Origin: a bacterium
GTDB lineage: Bacteria > Patescibacteriota > Minisyncoccia > Moranbacterales > GWC2-37-73
NCBI GenBank assembly: GCA_037140955.1
Contig: JBAXDL010000002.1
Location: forward strand, 105,846-169,845
DNA: 64,000 nt
Direction: 5' to 3'
Of this stretch, positions 1-9,508 are shown in pieces (position 1 is the first letter of the stretch; each line of letters opens with the position of its first letter). The notes under the pieces are model-generated. The model made no database searches and was not told the DNA's origin. It saw nothing but the letters and a program-made list of their open reading frames with translations. Made by a program: the position numbers and the translations under genes.

Positions 1-552
1 CCATTTCACAAATTACTTGCAGAAAAAAATGATAGCGTTAAAAAGGAAGATTTACTAGAAAAACTTGATCGACCATGTCCAACTTGTGGTGCTGATTTGA
101 TCATGAAATTTGGACGTTTTGGAAAATTCATTGCTTGTGCAAACTATCCAACCTGCAAATATACTGAAAAAACAGATTCTGAAAAGAAAGAAGATGAGGA
201 AAATTCAGGAATAGTTTGTGACAAATGTGGAAAACCAATGCAAGTTAAGCGTGGACGCTTTGGAGCATTTCTTGGTTGCAGTGGATATCCAGAATGCAAA
301 AACATCATGAAAATCGAGCAAAAAACCGGAATCAAATGTCCGAAATGCCTAGAGGGAGATGTTATTGCTAGAAAATCAAAGAAAGGCAAAATGTTTTATG
401 GTTGCAACAAATATCCTGATTGCGATTTTGTGATGTGGAACAAACCAACTGGAGAAATGTGCCCAATGTGCAAGCAACCACTTGCCTTTGCTGCCAAAGG
501 AAAAATCAAATGTCCAAACAAGGATTGTGGCTTTGAAAAAGATGGAGAATAA
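1..552 (+). CDS. topA: DNA topoisomerase I, C-terminal zinc-ribbon region (gene starts upstream of window)
   Basis: Frame open from base 1. Tandem C-x2-C...C-x2-C zinc-ribbon modules (GRFGKFIACANYPTCKY, GRFGAFLGCSGYPECKN, GKMFYGCNKYPDCDF) are typical of the TopA C-terminus. Confidence 0.8.
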   Translation, partial: PFHKLLAEKNDSVKKEDLLEKLDRPCPTCGADLIMKFGRFGKFIACANYPTCKYTEKTDSEKKEDEENSGIVCDKCGKPMQVKRGRFGAFLGCSGYPECKNIMKIEQKTGIKCPKCLEGDVIARKSKKGKMFYGCNKYPDCDFVMWNKPTGEMCPMCKQPLAFAAKGKIKCPNKDCGFEKDGE

Positions 553-611
553 ATAAAACATTAATCCATGAGCATTTTTTAAGACGTTAACCGTGAATAC
601 AAGCTCGTAAT

Positions 612-676
612 AATATTGTTTTTTGCGACTTCCGTTTGAACAAAGTGAACGAAAGGCAAGCAAAGAAATAATATTA
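612..676 (+). repeat. 65-nt palindromic intergenic repeat, copy 1 (AATATT-T7-GCGRCTTCCGTKTGAACRAAGTGAACGAAAGGCAAGC-A6/7-TAATATT)
   Basis: Near-identical to the copies at 9398-9462 and 12050-12113. The outer arms AATATTRTTTTTTTGC / GCAAAAAAATAATATT are reverse complements. The core carries a direct GTGAAC repeat. This copy lies between convergent topA and the giant surface gene. Confidence 0.8.
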
Positions 677-843
677 TCACGAAGCTTTGCAATCAAGGAG
701 ATAATTAATTTCTTTTCGCCTATTTTATTTTTAGGCACGTCATTGGTCGAAATCTATGACCAATGACTCTTGATTACTGTCGTAGCTAGCGGCCTAAAAA
801 CAAAATAGGCTCACGAAATTAATATACATTGAATTATTTCTAT

Positions 844-880
844 AAAAAAATCAAAGCAATTGCTTTGATTTTTTGTTTTA
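844..880. terminator. bidirectional intrinsic terminator between convergent genes
   Basis: Perfect palindrome AAATCAAAGCAA/TTGCTTTGATTT flanked by an A-run and a T-run (TTTTTG), immediately downstream of the 889..9090 gene end. Confidence 0.5.
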
Positions 881-888
881 TTTTTTCA

Positions 889-3800
889 CTAGAATTTTGC
901 CCAACCAAAGATGTCTGTGAAGTTTCCAATGATGATTTGAATAATATTTTCTTTGCGCCGCGGTGTGAGCAGTGCAAAATCATTTGAAATTCCTTCATTT
1001 CCAGAGACGTCAACTGATTTAACCCTGAAATTATACACCGTGCCAGCTTTGAAAATTGTTACCACTCCCACGTGATTAGTAGTCAAGTTATCAGAGATTT
1101 TCATTTCTTTTTCTTCGCCATTTCTACCTTCTTTGTAAAGAATACTACTTGTTGATTGCTCATCTGTTTTCCAGGAAATGATCGATTGAACCTTGTCTGC
1201 TTGTGTGAGCGCATTGTCTGTTTTGATGTTGTCAATTCTTGGTGGATTCTCATCTTTTCCAGTGGTCAAGTCTTGCGCCTTGATTGTTGCCTCTGTTCCC
1301 TGTTCATCTTTAGCAGAAATTGAGATTGAAAAAGTTGTACCCTGATTCAAATTGATCAATTCAATCTTGTGCTCAGTGGCAAGATTACGAGACCCTTGCG
1401 ATCCAGTTGTTGCACTATCACGCACATCAGTATAAGTTACATTAGCATCCGTTGGAACGTCTGTCCTAAATGAAACAATTGCACCATGCTCACTGATATC
1501 ATTAATTGAAATATTAGTAATTTTTGCCGGCGATTTTGGTTCAAAAGTTTGATCAGATGAAGAAAAATATTTGCCATCAACATCCTTCCCCTTAACTCTG
1601 TAATGATAAGTTATTCCTTGATTTAGTGATGATAGTTCAATTTGATGATCAGTTGTTTGCGATTTGTTTTCCTTGATTTCGCCATAGCTAGTAGTTAGTC
1701 CATATTCAACTATTGAACTTGTTTCGGTGCTAGTTTGCCAGGTTATGATTGCTTGACCAAGAGCAGTTGATTGAGCCTTGATTGATGAAAGTGATGATGG
1801 AGCATCGGTTTGAAAAGATGATTGCGATGATTGTGAAATATTTCCAACTGCATCAGTAGAAGAAGCCACAAAAATATATTTTGTAGCAGGAATAAGACCA
1901 CTGACCAGCACACTGTGTTTTGTGGAATAATTTGCAACATCCTTGTTGACAGTTCTATCGGAAGCACCGTTTTCATCAGTATTAATGATGCCATAGCCAA
2001 CATTTGAACTTGCCTTTTCATCACTGTCCCAACTTATTGTTGCACTTTCTCCAGTAATACTGCCAACTGAAATATTGGAAAGAACTGGCGCAGTCTTATC
2101 CCCAAGTGCACCTGCACCAGCTGCGGTATACAATTGTTCTTTGGTGGTAAAATCTTTTTCGCCAGAAAAAATCGTTGTATCAAGATTGTCCTTACAAGTA
2201 ACTTTGTAGAAATATTTCGTATTAAACAAGAGTCCATTAAGCTGAATTCCATGCACCACATTAAAAACATCTTCAGATTTTGGAACAGCATCATAAATTC
2301 CAGCCGAGCTTCCATATTCCACAAAACACTTTGCGGCTTGATCTGATGAGAAAGCAATCACTGCGGCAACATCAGTCAATATTGATGGATTTGGATCAGC
2401 AAAAACAATTGAAGAAAGTGGACTATGTGCAAATTCAGCATCCTTTAGTGTTTTAAATGTTTGTTCTGCGCTAGTGTCAACATTGCCATTAATGTCAGTC
2501 ACCTGGATGTCATAGATATAATCTTTGTCGGGAGTCAGACCTGATAGAAAAATTCCATGCGAACGATCAAAGGTCGTGATATTTTGCACAATATTTTTTG
2601 AAGTTTTTCCATAACTAATTTTTACTTTAGCTGACTCATCAGTAGTAAAAGTGATGACAGCCGCATCTTTGCTAACATAAGCAGTTGTTAGATTTGAAAT
2701 CACTGGAGCAGTTGAATCTTGAGTAGTTGTTAGTTCAAAAAAGTTTCCTCCATTTTTATCAATAGTTTCATTGTTGCTTGAATCTTTCGAGGCAACTTCG
2801 AAATAATATTTGGTGTTTTCCAAAAGTCCAAACAAAGTTATTTGATGATTTTTTCCAGAAGCATTGTCAGCCAAACTTTGAGGATTAATCAAAACTCCAC
2901 CGGAAATAGTTTCAGAATAATTAATTTTTGCATCAGCATTAATATCTGTCTTCCAAGAAATGGTGGCGTCATTGTTGTTGACCTGTGTGATGATCACATT
3001 TGAAATTTTTGGACCAGCAAGAGTGGTGAAGGAAAAGTCTCCAATTGCATTTGAACCAGGATTTAAGCCTTCAACTTGACCAAGGTTATTCATTGGATCT
3101 CTTGATTTTACCTTAATGTTGTAACTTGTTTCTGGTGTTAGATTTGAAAGTATCACGGAGTGAGTCATTACCATCGAACCAATTCCATATTCTGGCAAAA
3201 ATGAGGTGTCGGGAGAATATCCCACGATAGAATCAGAAAGTTCATCAGTTGTCCAAGTAATTTCCGCCGTGGTTGGGGTGATGTTCGAAATCGAAACATT
3301 GGTGATTGTTGGCGGCGTGGTGTCTGTGCCACCTTGTCCATTTGGAATGTCAGAAACCGTGTCTGAAAATGCTGATTTGTTGCCAGCCAAATCTTTAGTA
3401 AGCGCGCGATATGAATACAGGATTGAAGTATTAAGATTGTTATCCATATAGAAATTGGCAAGACGATCTGTTTGTTGTCCAACATTTGCAAAACTGCCAG
3501 TATCCTCTTTTCTCTCAATTTGATAGGAATCAAAACCTGTGCCAACTTCAGCTGGAGAAATCACGCTCCAAGCAATAAACTCTCTAAAATCAGCAGCAGC
3601 AGAATTTGAAACATCAAAATATACCATGTTTTTTGGTTTTTGAGGTGTTGTGGAACTCGTTGTTGCAAAATTCCCTTTAGCATCAATGACTTTCAAATAT
3701 ACCGTGGATGGATCAGAGGTCATGGTTGGCCAATTTTTGCTGGCAGCAAAAGATTCAGCAGTGGCATCATGAAAATCTGCAAAATTGGAAACCAGCATTT

Positions 3801-6800
3801 GATAGGTTGAATCATCAGCAGGTACAGCAATGGACAATCTCTTAGTGGATCCATCAACCGTCAAAGAAACGTTGGCTGGATTCTTGGTATCAAGAATAAA
3901 GATTGGAGAAATTCCATAGGCCAAGTTGTTGGCAGCCTCATTGTCATCAACCTTGATTCTAATTTTCATGTTGGCATTATATACGCCATTGTAATCTGTT
4001 TTTGCATTCCAAGTGGCAGTATAAGTTGAAAAACTTCCCTCTTGTACCGCCACAGATCCAAGACTGCCACTTGTTGCAACGGCATTTGTCCATGTCTCAC
4101 TTCCATTTGATGAGCAATTTGCTGTGCAATATTGCAAAGTTGAATTTACAAAACCATTTAGATTTCCCGTGGTAGTGTCTTGGTCTCTGACATCATATGA
4201 AATTGAAACTATGCCATCAGTATTTTGCACGCCAGTCACATTTTGAAGTTCAGGTGGAGCGTTGACAACATAGGTTGCCTGCACATCAGAAAGAGTTGGA
4301 GTGGCTGTTCCATCTGAATGCAGGATTGCTTTGTATTGAATAAACTTGTCATTTGACCCATCAGAAATTGCAGTTGGCATTATGGTTGCTCCAGTTGGAT
4401 CAGAAAATTCAGTGCCGCTTGTGCCATCTGGCCCCATCCAAGAAGTCCAAGTGTTTCCATCTGCTGAAGTCCTGGCTTGCATCGTCACTGCAGTGTTGGC
4501 ATCAACTATTTGGTTCCAAGCAAGTTTGGCAAAAATATTAGCATTGTCAGTTGTGTTGTATGAAGATGAAATCAATGAGGCAGCTGCTGGATATGAAGTG
4601 TAGCCAAGAGTGATGTCATTCAAGCTTGGGGTGTTGGTTGAGTCTGAAGTGAAAGATGTTTTGTATTTAACATAGCGATTAGCACCAAGTGAACTTGGAG
4701 CACCTTCTTCGTCGGCACCAATGTCCCAAGTGTCGTTGCGGTATTGCCCATCAATGTCAGCTGAAAAAGGAAAATTCACATCAGCGGAGAGATTTGTTCC
4801 GGCGTTTTTGGCGGCAGTGTCAGAAGGAGAAAGGTGGAAATCAAAATTAGCAGCATCGATGAATTGTACGGTTTTATTTCTCAATGCGATGTTTGGTGAA
4901 GTTGCATCTTGTGAAATATTATTAACCGATGCAACATTAAACGATCCAGAATAATCAGCAACATTACCATTTGCAATATTATTTTTAAGAACTGCCCCAT
5001 TACTAGCAAAGCCAGTAGTACTACCATAAACACTATTATTGAAAATATAATTAGAAGAACCAGAATTATTAAATATACCAAATGAACCAGTACCAATAAA
5101 ATTATATATTATATTATTATAAATTTTTACATTCATTTGCCCATATCCACCAGCACTTAAATTTATACCAGTACTGTTTGACTGATTAACCAATGTTCTG
5201 ATTATATTATCAGAAACGTTAACATTTTGAACAAGTGATGAAGCAGAGTCCACCAAAATACCTCCGCGATAAGCCTGATTAAATCCATATTCCAGCATTA
5301 AACCGTCAATTACTACATTACTTATATTGATCACCATTGGAAACACAGCAGCGAATGATATTCTGATTGAATATTTCAAATTATCCCACTTCCCCGCATG
5401 CCGTTGACTCTGATTAGCCTCACTAGAAACATTGTTTGGAGTATAAATTTTAATAAAATTATTAACCCCAGTAGTATAGCCAGAAACAGCAACTGCGGTG
5501 GTGTCCGCGCCAGTGTCATAATAGCAAGGAAGATTGAGTTGATAATTATTAGTCACCAAATCAGTTGTGTTCAAAAAGTTTGCACCCGATGCTCCAGTGA
5601 CAGCAGCACTCAATGACGAAAAAGCATGGGCAATAGAATTTACAGTTTGACTTGTCACATCAGCTGGCACAGCGCCAAGCTTGGTGACAACTTTCCATTG
5701 GGTTGTGGAAATTTTTCCAGCAATATAGACCACGCTAGAAGCGTTGTATGTGATTTTGTCCCCCACTCCCATATTGGTGGCAGTTTGCGCTACCGAAAAA
5801 GTTGCAACTCCACTTGTAATGCTGATTGTTGGAGAGCCAGTTTTATGGTCGAGTGTGTTTTGACCAACTGAATAATAAATCGGAATTCCACTTTGATTCT
5901 GACCAATGTCAACATAGTTCCAAGTTGCATTGTCATTATTGACAGCAATTTGAGTTTTGATGTTTGTGCCAGCAGTGGTGTTAGCATTCAGAGTTATTGA
6001 AGAAATGTCAGCCTTCACTCCAAGATCAACTGAGTTCGATTCAAAAATTCCACTTGTTTTGAAAATTGGTGAACTGGCTTGCCATTCATCAGCTCCAATG
6101 TCCCAACTGTTGGCGCCAGTTAGACGATGGTTTCCATCAATGTCAGTTTTGAAAGTGGCTGACAAATCTGCACCAGCATTTTTTGCAACAGATCCCGGCA
6201 TCAAATGCAGATCAATGAGCGATGAATCAGTAGAGACAAACTTAATATCAGCAAGTGTTTGATTGGTTTTTGAATTGGTGCCAGGCGCGGTGGCGTCGGA
6301 GGAGATATTGTTATTTTCATATGCATCACCCCTTGTTCCACCCAAAAATGTAAAGCAAGTGCCCGTCGTGCAATTAGCCGTTATGTTATTTTTTTCATAA
6401 ACAATCTCATTACCACCAGATAAACGAATAGAATAGTTAAAATTTGAATTCCCTAAAATATTATAAACGGTATTATTATAAATATTATCATACCGACCAG
6501 AGTTAATACCCCAGCCAATATTTGAATTGGTAAAATTATAAATAATATTATTATAAACTACTGGATTCTCAGTTGAATTATCAGCTGGCATACCAATTCC
6601 GTATACTCTAGTAGATACGCCCTGTCTAGGATTATATATTAGATTATTTGCAACAATTCCTCTAAAGCCTATATTAATCGCATATCGTGGTTGATTATCA
6701 TCTGTACCCCAATTCGTAATTTCGAATCCGTCAATTATGGTATATTGATTACTAACAGAAATAATATTTGAAGCCACCGCACCTGGTGAGATAATAACAC

Positions 6801-9090
6801 CTGTCCCAGCCACCCCCCAATGCCGGCTCCTTGGCTCCACAGTAAGCCACATGTAATGATTAGCATCAACAGTTGAGCCAGCAATATTAACCCCATCGGT
6901 AAACACTGAACATTTATATGCCTCACCCTTTTCAACTATCCCAGTCGTAGTAATTACAGATAAAACAGTAGCCTGTGCGCCTGATGTTTGCCCAACTACA
7001 ACCTCACCTTGTTGAAAATAACCGGTAGTAGGATTTTCAGTTAAATATTTTTCATTTGCAGTTGCTGTGTTGTGCTCTTTTGTATAAGTTCCCTGATTTC
7101 CTGATGTTTGCCCTATTATAACTTCATCGGCAGTAAAAATACCTATTTGCCCACTAATCTTATACACACCTCGATTTGTCAAATTTCCACTTCTCCACCC
7201 CACCCAATTCTGCAATGTCGCAAAATCCATACCCACACCAGATCCAATTGATGAAACATGTACATAAACAGCACCCACATCATCAGCTCCAATATCCCAA
7301 GTTCCAGCTCTTATATCACCATCAATATCTGTCGATATTGGCAAATTTGCATCAGCCGATAAATCCACTCCAGCATTCTTGGCGACAGTGTCATTAAATT
7401 CCAAATGGAAGTCTTTATTTGCCGCATCGACAAATGCGACTGCTTTATTCCTAAGCGCAACATTTGGCGAGGTTGCATCGTCAGAAATATTGCCAGCAGA
7501 GGCAGCCGAAAATGTTCCAACATATTCAATGCCAGTTGTTCCATTGACAATATTATTCTTTAAAACTGGAGTAGAATTTGCAACAAAAAATCCACCACCC
7601 ACATTATACAAGGTGTTGTTGTAGATATATGCATTATTACTCGCATAAATACCATAATTACTTACAGTTGTAGTTTTCCAGTCGTATATTATGTTATTAG
7701 AAATTTTTACATTAATTCCAATCGGCGCCCTAGCATCAATACCAGCATTGTATTGACTACCACCAGCACAATTACTTGTTATGAGATTTGAATCAATTAT
7801 GATATCACCATTACTACCGGTTATAGCTTTTGCATTAATACCGTTTAAATAATCACGGTTGTTTCCTATTCTTTTTATCTGCAAACCAATGATTTTCACA
7901 TAATTTGTCGAGATATCAATAGTTCCTATGCCACCAGTATTAGAGGTATATTGAATACTATACTTCCCATCATCCCACTTTCCCCGATGCCTTTCTCCAA
8001 GTGGCACATTAATTTCCACATAATGCGTAGCATCAGTTGTCCAGCCAGCAATTGCAAGTGGTGTAGTGTCTGGTCCAACGTCATAATATGGCAAAGCCCT
8101 TTCCACAGCATTGCGCGCCACCAAATCTCCTTGCCTGCCAGCTTCCCAAGCAGCAAGGTCAGAGTACCATCTTCCTACTGAACCAACACCAGAAGCTGGC
8201 GAGCCACCATTGCCCTCTGAATCAATAACTAAAAGTCTAGGCGTTGTGTTTGAAGGATTGAGTGACAATACTTTCCAAGGTTTTCCAGTTGAATCAACAA
8301 ATTTATCATTCTTAAAAATTCTAGAAAGATTTGGTGTGCCAGAAAGAACCAATAGCCATGGTCCAGCTTGATTGACAGCTGTCACAGTCAGTGAAACATT
8401 AGCCAAATGACCAACGGTATATTCATTAACCGAAAGATCTTTGACAATTGAAAGAGAAGCTGAATTTCCCGTACCAAGTGTTTCTGTGTTAGTTTTTGTG
8501 CCAGCATTGAAATCAGCTTCAGTTGTTTGGGTCACTGCTTGTGTGATTTGTTGCAATTGCAAATCATTGCCACCATTTGCCAAGGCAATTCCGGCATCCT
8601 TGCTTTGAAATTCACTCCAAAGCGTTTGATTGGAATTGTGCACAGCAACATTAGCACTTTGTGTTGCCCAAGAAGTTTGTGCGAAATGAAAAGTTGCACT
8701 GTGAGTGATTCCTCCTGGAAAAAAAACTTGAATGGCAATTATTGCCAGGAAAATTGAAAAAGCAGTGGAAGAAAAACTGTAGGTGAAAAGTTTTACTTTT
8801 TTTTGATAATTCTTAAGATGAGAATATGAGTTAAAATTAAGATTAGACTGTGAATTTAGATTTTTTTCTGCTTTTATTTTCGCAATTCGAAGATGATTCT
8901 CTGCAGCTGATTTTGAAAGCAAGTGCCAATGATCTTGCAAAAAAACTGCAATTTTTTGAACTGAAAATGTTTTCTTGAAATTAAATCTATCCCAAAATTT
9001 TCTTTCAACATTAAGATCTTTTAATCTTGTTTTCACAGCCTCTTTTGCTGGTTCAATTTTTGGGTTTTTTTTAATTCTTTCCATGACCAA
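889..9090 (-). CDS. giant (2733 aa) cell-surface protein with N-terminal TM anchor, right-handed parallel beta-helix (pectin-lyase-like) repeats and multiple fibronectin-III/Ig-like domains
   Basis: Single 8.2 kb ORF. Hydrophobic segment near the N-terminus. Recurrent NNIIYN / NNxxYN beta-helix rungs and repeated WDIGADE-type motifs. Several FN3-like blocks (e.g. ITNVSISNITPTTAEITWTTDE...YNIKVKSRD). SD GAGAGGA 5 nt upstream of the ATG. Confidence 0.85.
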   Translation of the reverse strand: MVMERIKKNPKIEPAKEAVKTRLKDLNVERKFWDRFNFKKTFSVQKIAVFLQDHWHLLSKSAAENHLRIAKIKAEKNLNSQSNLNFNSYSHLKNYQKKVKLFTYSFSSTAFSIFLAIIAIQVFFPGGITHSATFHFAQTSWATQSANVAVHNSNQTLWSEFQSKDAGIALANGGNDLQLQQITQAVTQTTEADFNAGTKTNTETLGTGNSASLSIVKDLSVNEYTVGHLANVSLTVTAVNQAGPWLLVLSGTPNLSRIFKNDKFVDSTGKPWKVLSLNPSNTTPRLLVIDSEGNGGSPASGVGSVGRWYSDLAAWEAGRQGDLVARNAVERALPYYDVGPDTTPLAIAGWTTDATHYVEINVPLGERHRGKWDDGKYSIQYTSNTGGIGTIDISTNYVKIIGLQIKRIGNNRDYLNGINAKAITGSNGDIIIDSNLITSNCAGGSQYNAGIDARAPIGINVKISNNIIYDWKTTTVSNYGIYASNNAYIYNNTLYNVGGGFFVANSTPVLKNNIVNGTTGIEYVGTFSAASAGNISDDATSPNVALRNKAVAFVDAANKDFHLEFNDTVAKNAGVDLSADANLPISTDIDGDIRAGTWDIGADDVGAVYVHVSSIGSGVGMDFATLQNWVGWRSGNLTNRGVYKISGQIGIFTADEVIIGQTSGNQGTYTKEHNTATANEKYLTENPTTGYFQQGEVVVGQTSGAQATVLSVITTTGIVEKGEAYKCSVFTDGVNIAGSTVDANHYMWLTVEPRSRHWGVAGTGVIISPGAVASNIISVSNQYTIIDGFEITNWGTDDNQPRYAINIGFRGIVANNLIYNPRQGVSTRVYGIGMPADNSTENPVVYNNIIYNFTNSNIGWGINSGRYDNIYNNTVYNILGNSNFNYSIRLSGGNEIVYEKNNITANCTTGTCFTFLGGTRGDAYENNNISSDATAPGTNSKTNQTLADIKFVSTDSSLIDLHLMPGSVAKNAGADLSATFKTDIDGNHRLTGANSWDIGADEWQASSPIFKTSGIFESNSVDLGVKADISSITLNANTTAGTNIKTQIAVNNDNATWNYVDIGQNQSGIPIYYSVGQNTLDHKTGSPTISITSGVATFSVAQTATNMGVGDKITYNASSVVYIAGKISTTQWKVVTKLGAVPADVTSQTVNSIAHAFSSLSAAVTGASGANFLNTTDLVTNNYQLNLPCYYDTGADTTAVAVSGYTTGVNNFIKIYTPNNVSSEANQSQRHAGKWDNLKYSIRISFAAVFPMVINISNVVIDGLMLEYGFNQAYRGGILVDSASSLVQNVNVSDNIIRTLVNQSNSTGINLSAGGYGQMNVKIYNNIIYNFIGTGSFGIFNNSGSSNYIFNNSVYGSTTGFASNGAVLKNNIANGNVADYSGSFNVASVNNISQDATSPNIALRNKTVQFIDAANFDFHLSPSDTAAKNAGTNLSADVNFPFSADIDGQYRNDTWDIGADEEGAPSSLGANRYVKYKTSFTSDSTNTPSLNDITLGYTSYPAAASLISSSYNTTDNANIFAKLAWNQIVDANTAVTMQARTSADGNTWTSWMGPDGTSGTEFSDPTGATIMPTAISDGSNDKFIQYKAILHSDGTATPTLSDVQATYVVNAPPELQNVTGVQNTDGIVSISYDVRDQDTTTGNLNGFVNSTLQYCTANCSSNGSETWTNAVATSGSLGSVAVQEGSFSTYTATWNAKTDYNGVYNANMKIRIKVDDNEAANNLAYGISPIFILDTKNPANVSLTVDGSTKRLSIAVPADDSTYQMLVSNFADFHDATAESFAASKNWPTMTSDPSTVYLKVIDAKGNFATTSSTTPQKPKNMVYFDVSNSAAADFREFIAWSVISPAEVGTGFDSYQIERKEDTGSFANVGQQTDRLANFYMDNNLNTSILYSYRALTKDLAGNKSAFSDTVSDIPNGQGGTDTTPPTITNVSISNITPTTAEITWTTDELSDSIVGYSPDTSFLPEYGIGSMVMTHSVILSNLTPETSYNIKVKSRDPMNNLGQVEGLNPGSNAIGDFSFTTLAGPKISNVIITQVNNNDATISWKTDINADAKINYSETISGGVLINPQSLADNASGKNHQITLFGLLENTKYYFEVASKDSSNNETIDKNGGNFFELTTTQDSTAPVISNLTTAYVSKDAAVITFTTDESAKVKISYGKTSKNIVQNITTFDRSHGIFLSGLTPDKDYIYDIQVTDINGNVDTSAEQTFKTLKDAEFAHSPLSSIVFADPNPSILTDVAAVIAFSSDQAAKCFVEYGSSAGIYDAVPKSEDVFNVVHGIQLNGLLFNTKYFYKVTCKDNLDTTIFSGEKDFTTKEQLYTAAGAGALGDKTAPVLSNISVGSITGESATISWDSDEKASSNVGYGIINTDENGASDRTVNKDVANYSTKHSVLVSGLIPATKYIFVASSTDAVGNISQSSQSSFQTDAPSSLSSIKAQSTALGQAIITWQTSTETSSIVEYGLTTSYGEIKENKSQTTDHQIELSSLNQGITYHYRVKGKDVDGKYFSSSDQTFEPKSPAKITNISINDISEHGAIVSFRTDVPTDANVTYTDVRDSATTGSQGSRNLATEHKIELINLNQGTTFSISISAKDEQGTEATIKAQDLTTGKDENPPRIDNIKTDNALTQADKVQSIISWKTDEQSTSSILYKEGRNGEEKEMKISDNLTTNHVGVVTIFKAGTVYNFRVKSVDVSGNEGISNDFALLTPRRKENIIQIIIGNFTDIFGWAKF

Positions 9091-9311
9091 ATCCTCTCAC
9101 CTGGAAAGTTTGTTTTTTGATTGTTATTTGTTTTTTTCCTCGAAAAAAGGTTCACTTTTTTGTTTTCAAAATATATTCATCCAGCAGTAGAAATTGCACA
9201 CTTCTATCGAATCTTTATGGGGTTATTATATCATATCTTGAGGGAGGAGTACAGGATGGAAAAGTGGACAACTTTTTCTTTTTTTTAAGCTATTTTTTTG
9301 ACTTCTCCTGC

Positions 9312-9340
9312 TTGCAAAATAGTGCTTATTTTCCTATACT
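9312..9340 (+). promoter_or_regulatory. sigma-70-like promoter (TTGCAA-N17-TATACT) for rel
   Basis: -35 TTGCAA at 9312-9317, 17-nt spacer, -10 TATACT at 9335-9340. The transcript would include the palindromic repeat at 9398-9462 in its leader. Confidence 0.4.
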
Positions 9341-9397
9341 AAAAACATACAAATAACATTGAAGATGGTAGCCGTTCTTTCACCACAAGCTCATACG

Positions 9398-9462
9398 AAT
9401 ATTATTTTTTTGCGGCTTCCGTGTGAACAAAGTGAACGAAAGGCAAGCAAAAAAATAATATT
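9398..9462 (+). repeat. 65-nt palindromic intergenic repeat, copy 2
   Basis: Same element as 612-676 and 12050-12113. Located in the predicted 5' leader of rel. Confidence 0.8.
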
Positions 9463-9508
9463 CATATGAAGCTCCAAAAAAAGACATAAACAAATAATTT
9501 TAACAAGC

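Noticed and set aside
376-738. 120-aa minus-strand ORF (and its twin at 9391..9585) containing LLAFRSLCS[N/H]GSRKK
   Set aside because: Both are translations of the 65-nt palindromic repeat and flanking AT-rich DNA. They have no RBS and the similarity is explained at the DNA level. They are not genes.
1743-8757. Numerous 60-125 aa ORFs on both strands inside the 889..9090 gene (e.g. 1743..2024, 3168..3545, 4346..4603, 7379..7624)
   Set aside because: They are nested within or antisense to an uninterrupted 8.2 kb ORF with clear domain repeats. They are low-complexity and lack start context.
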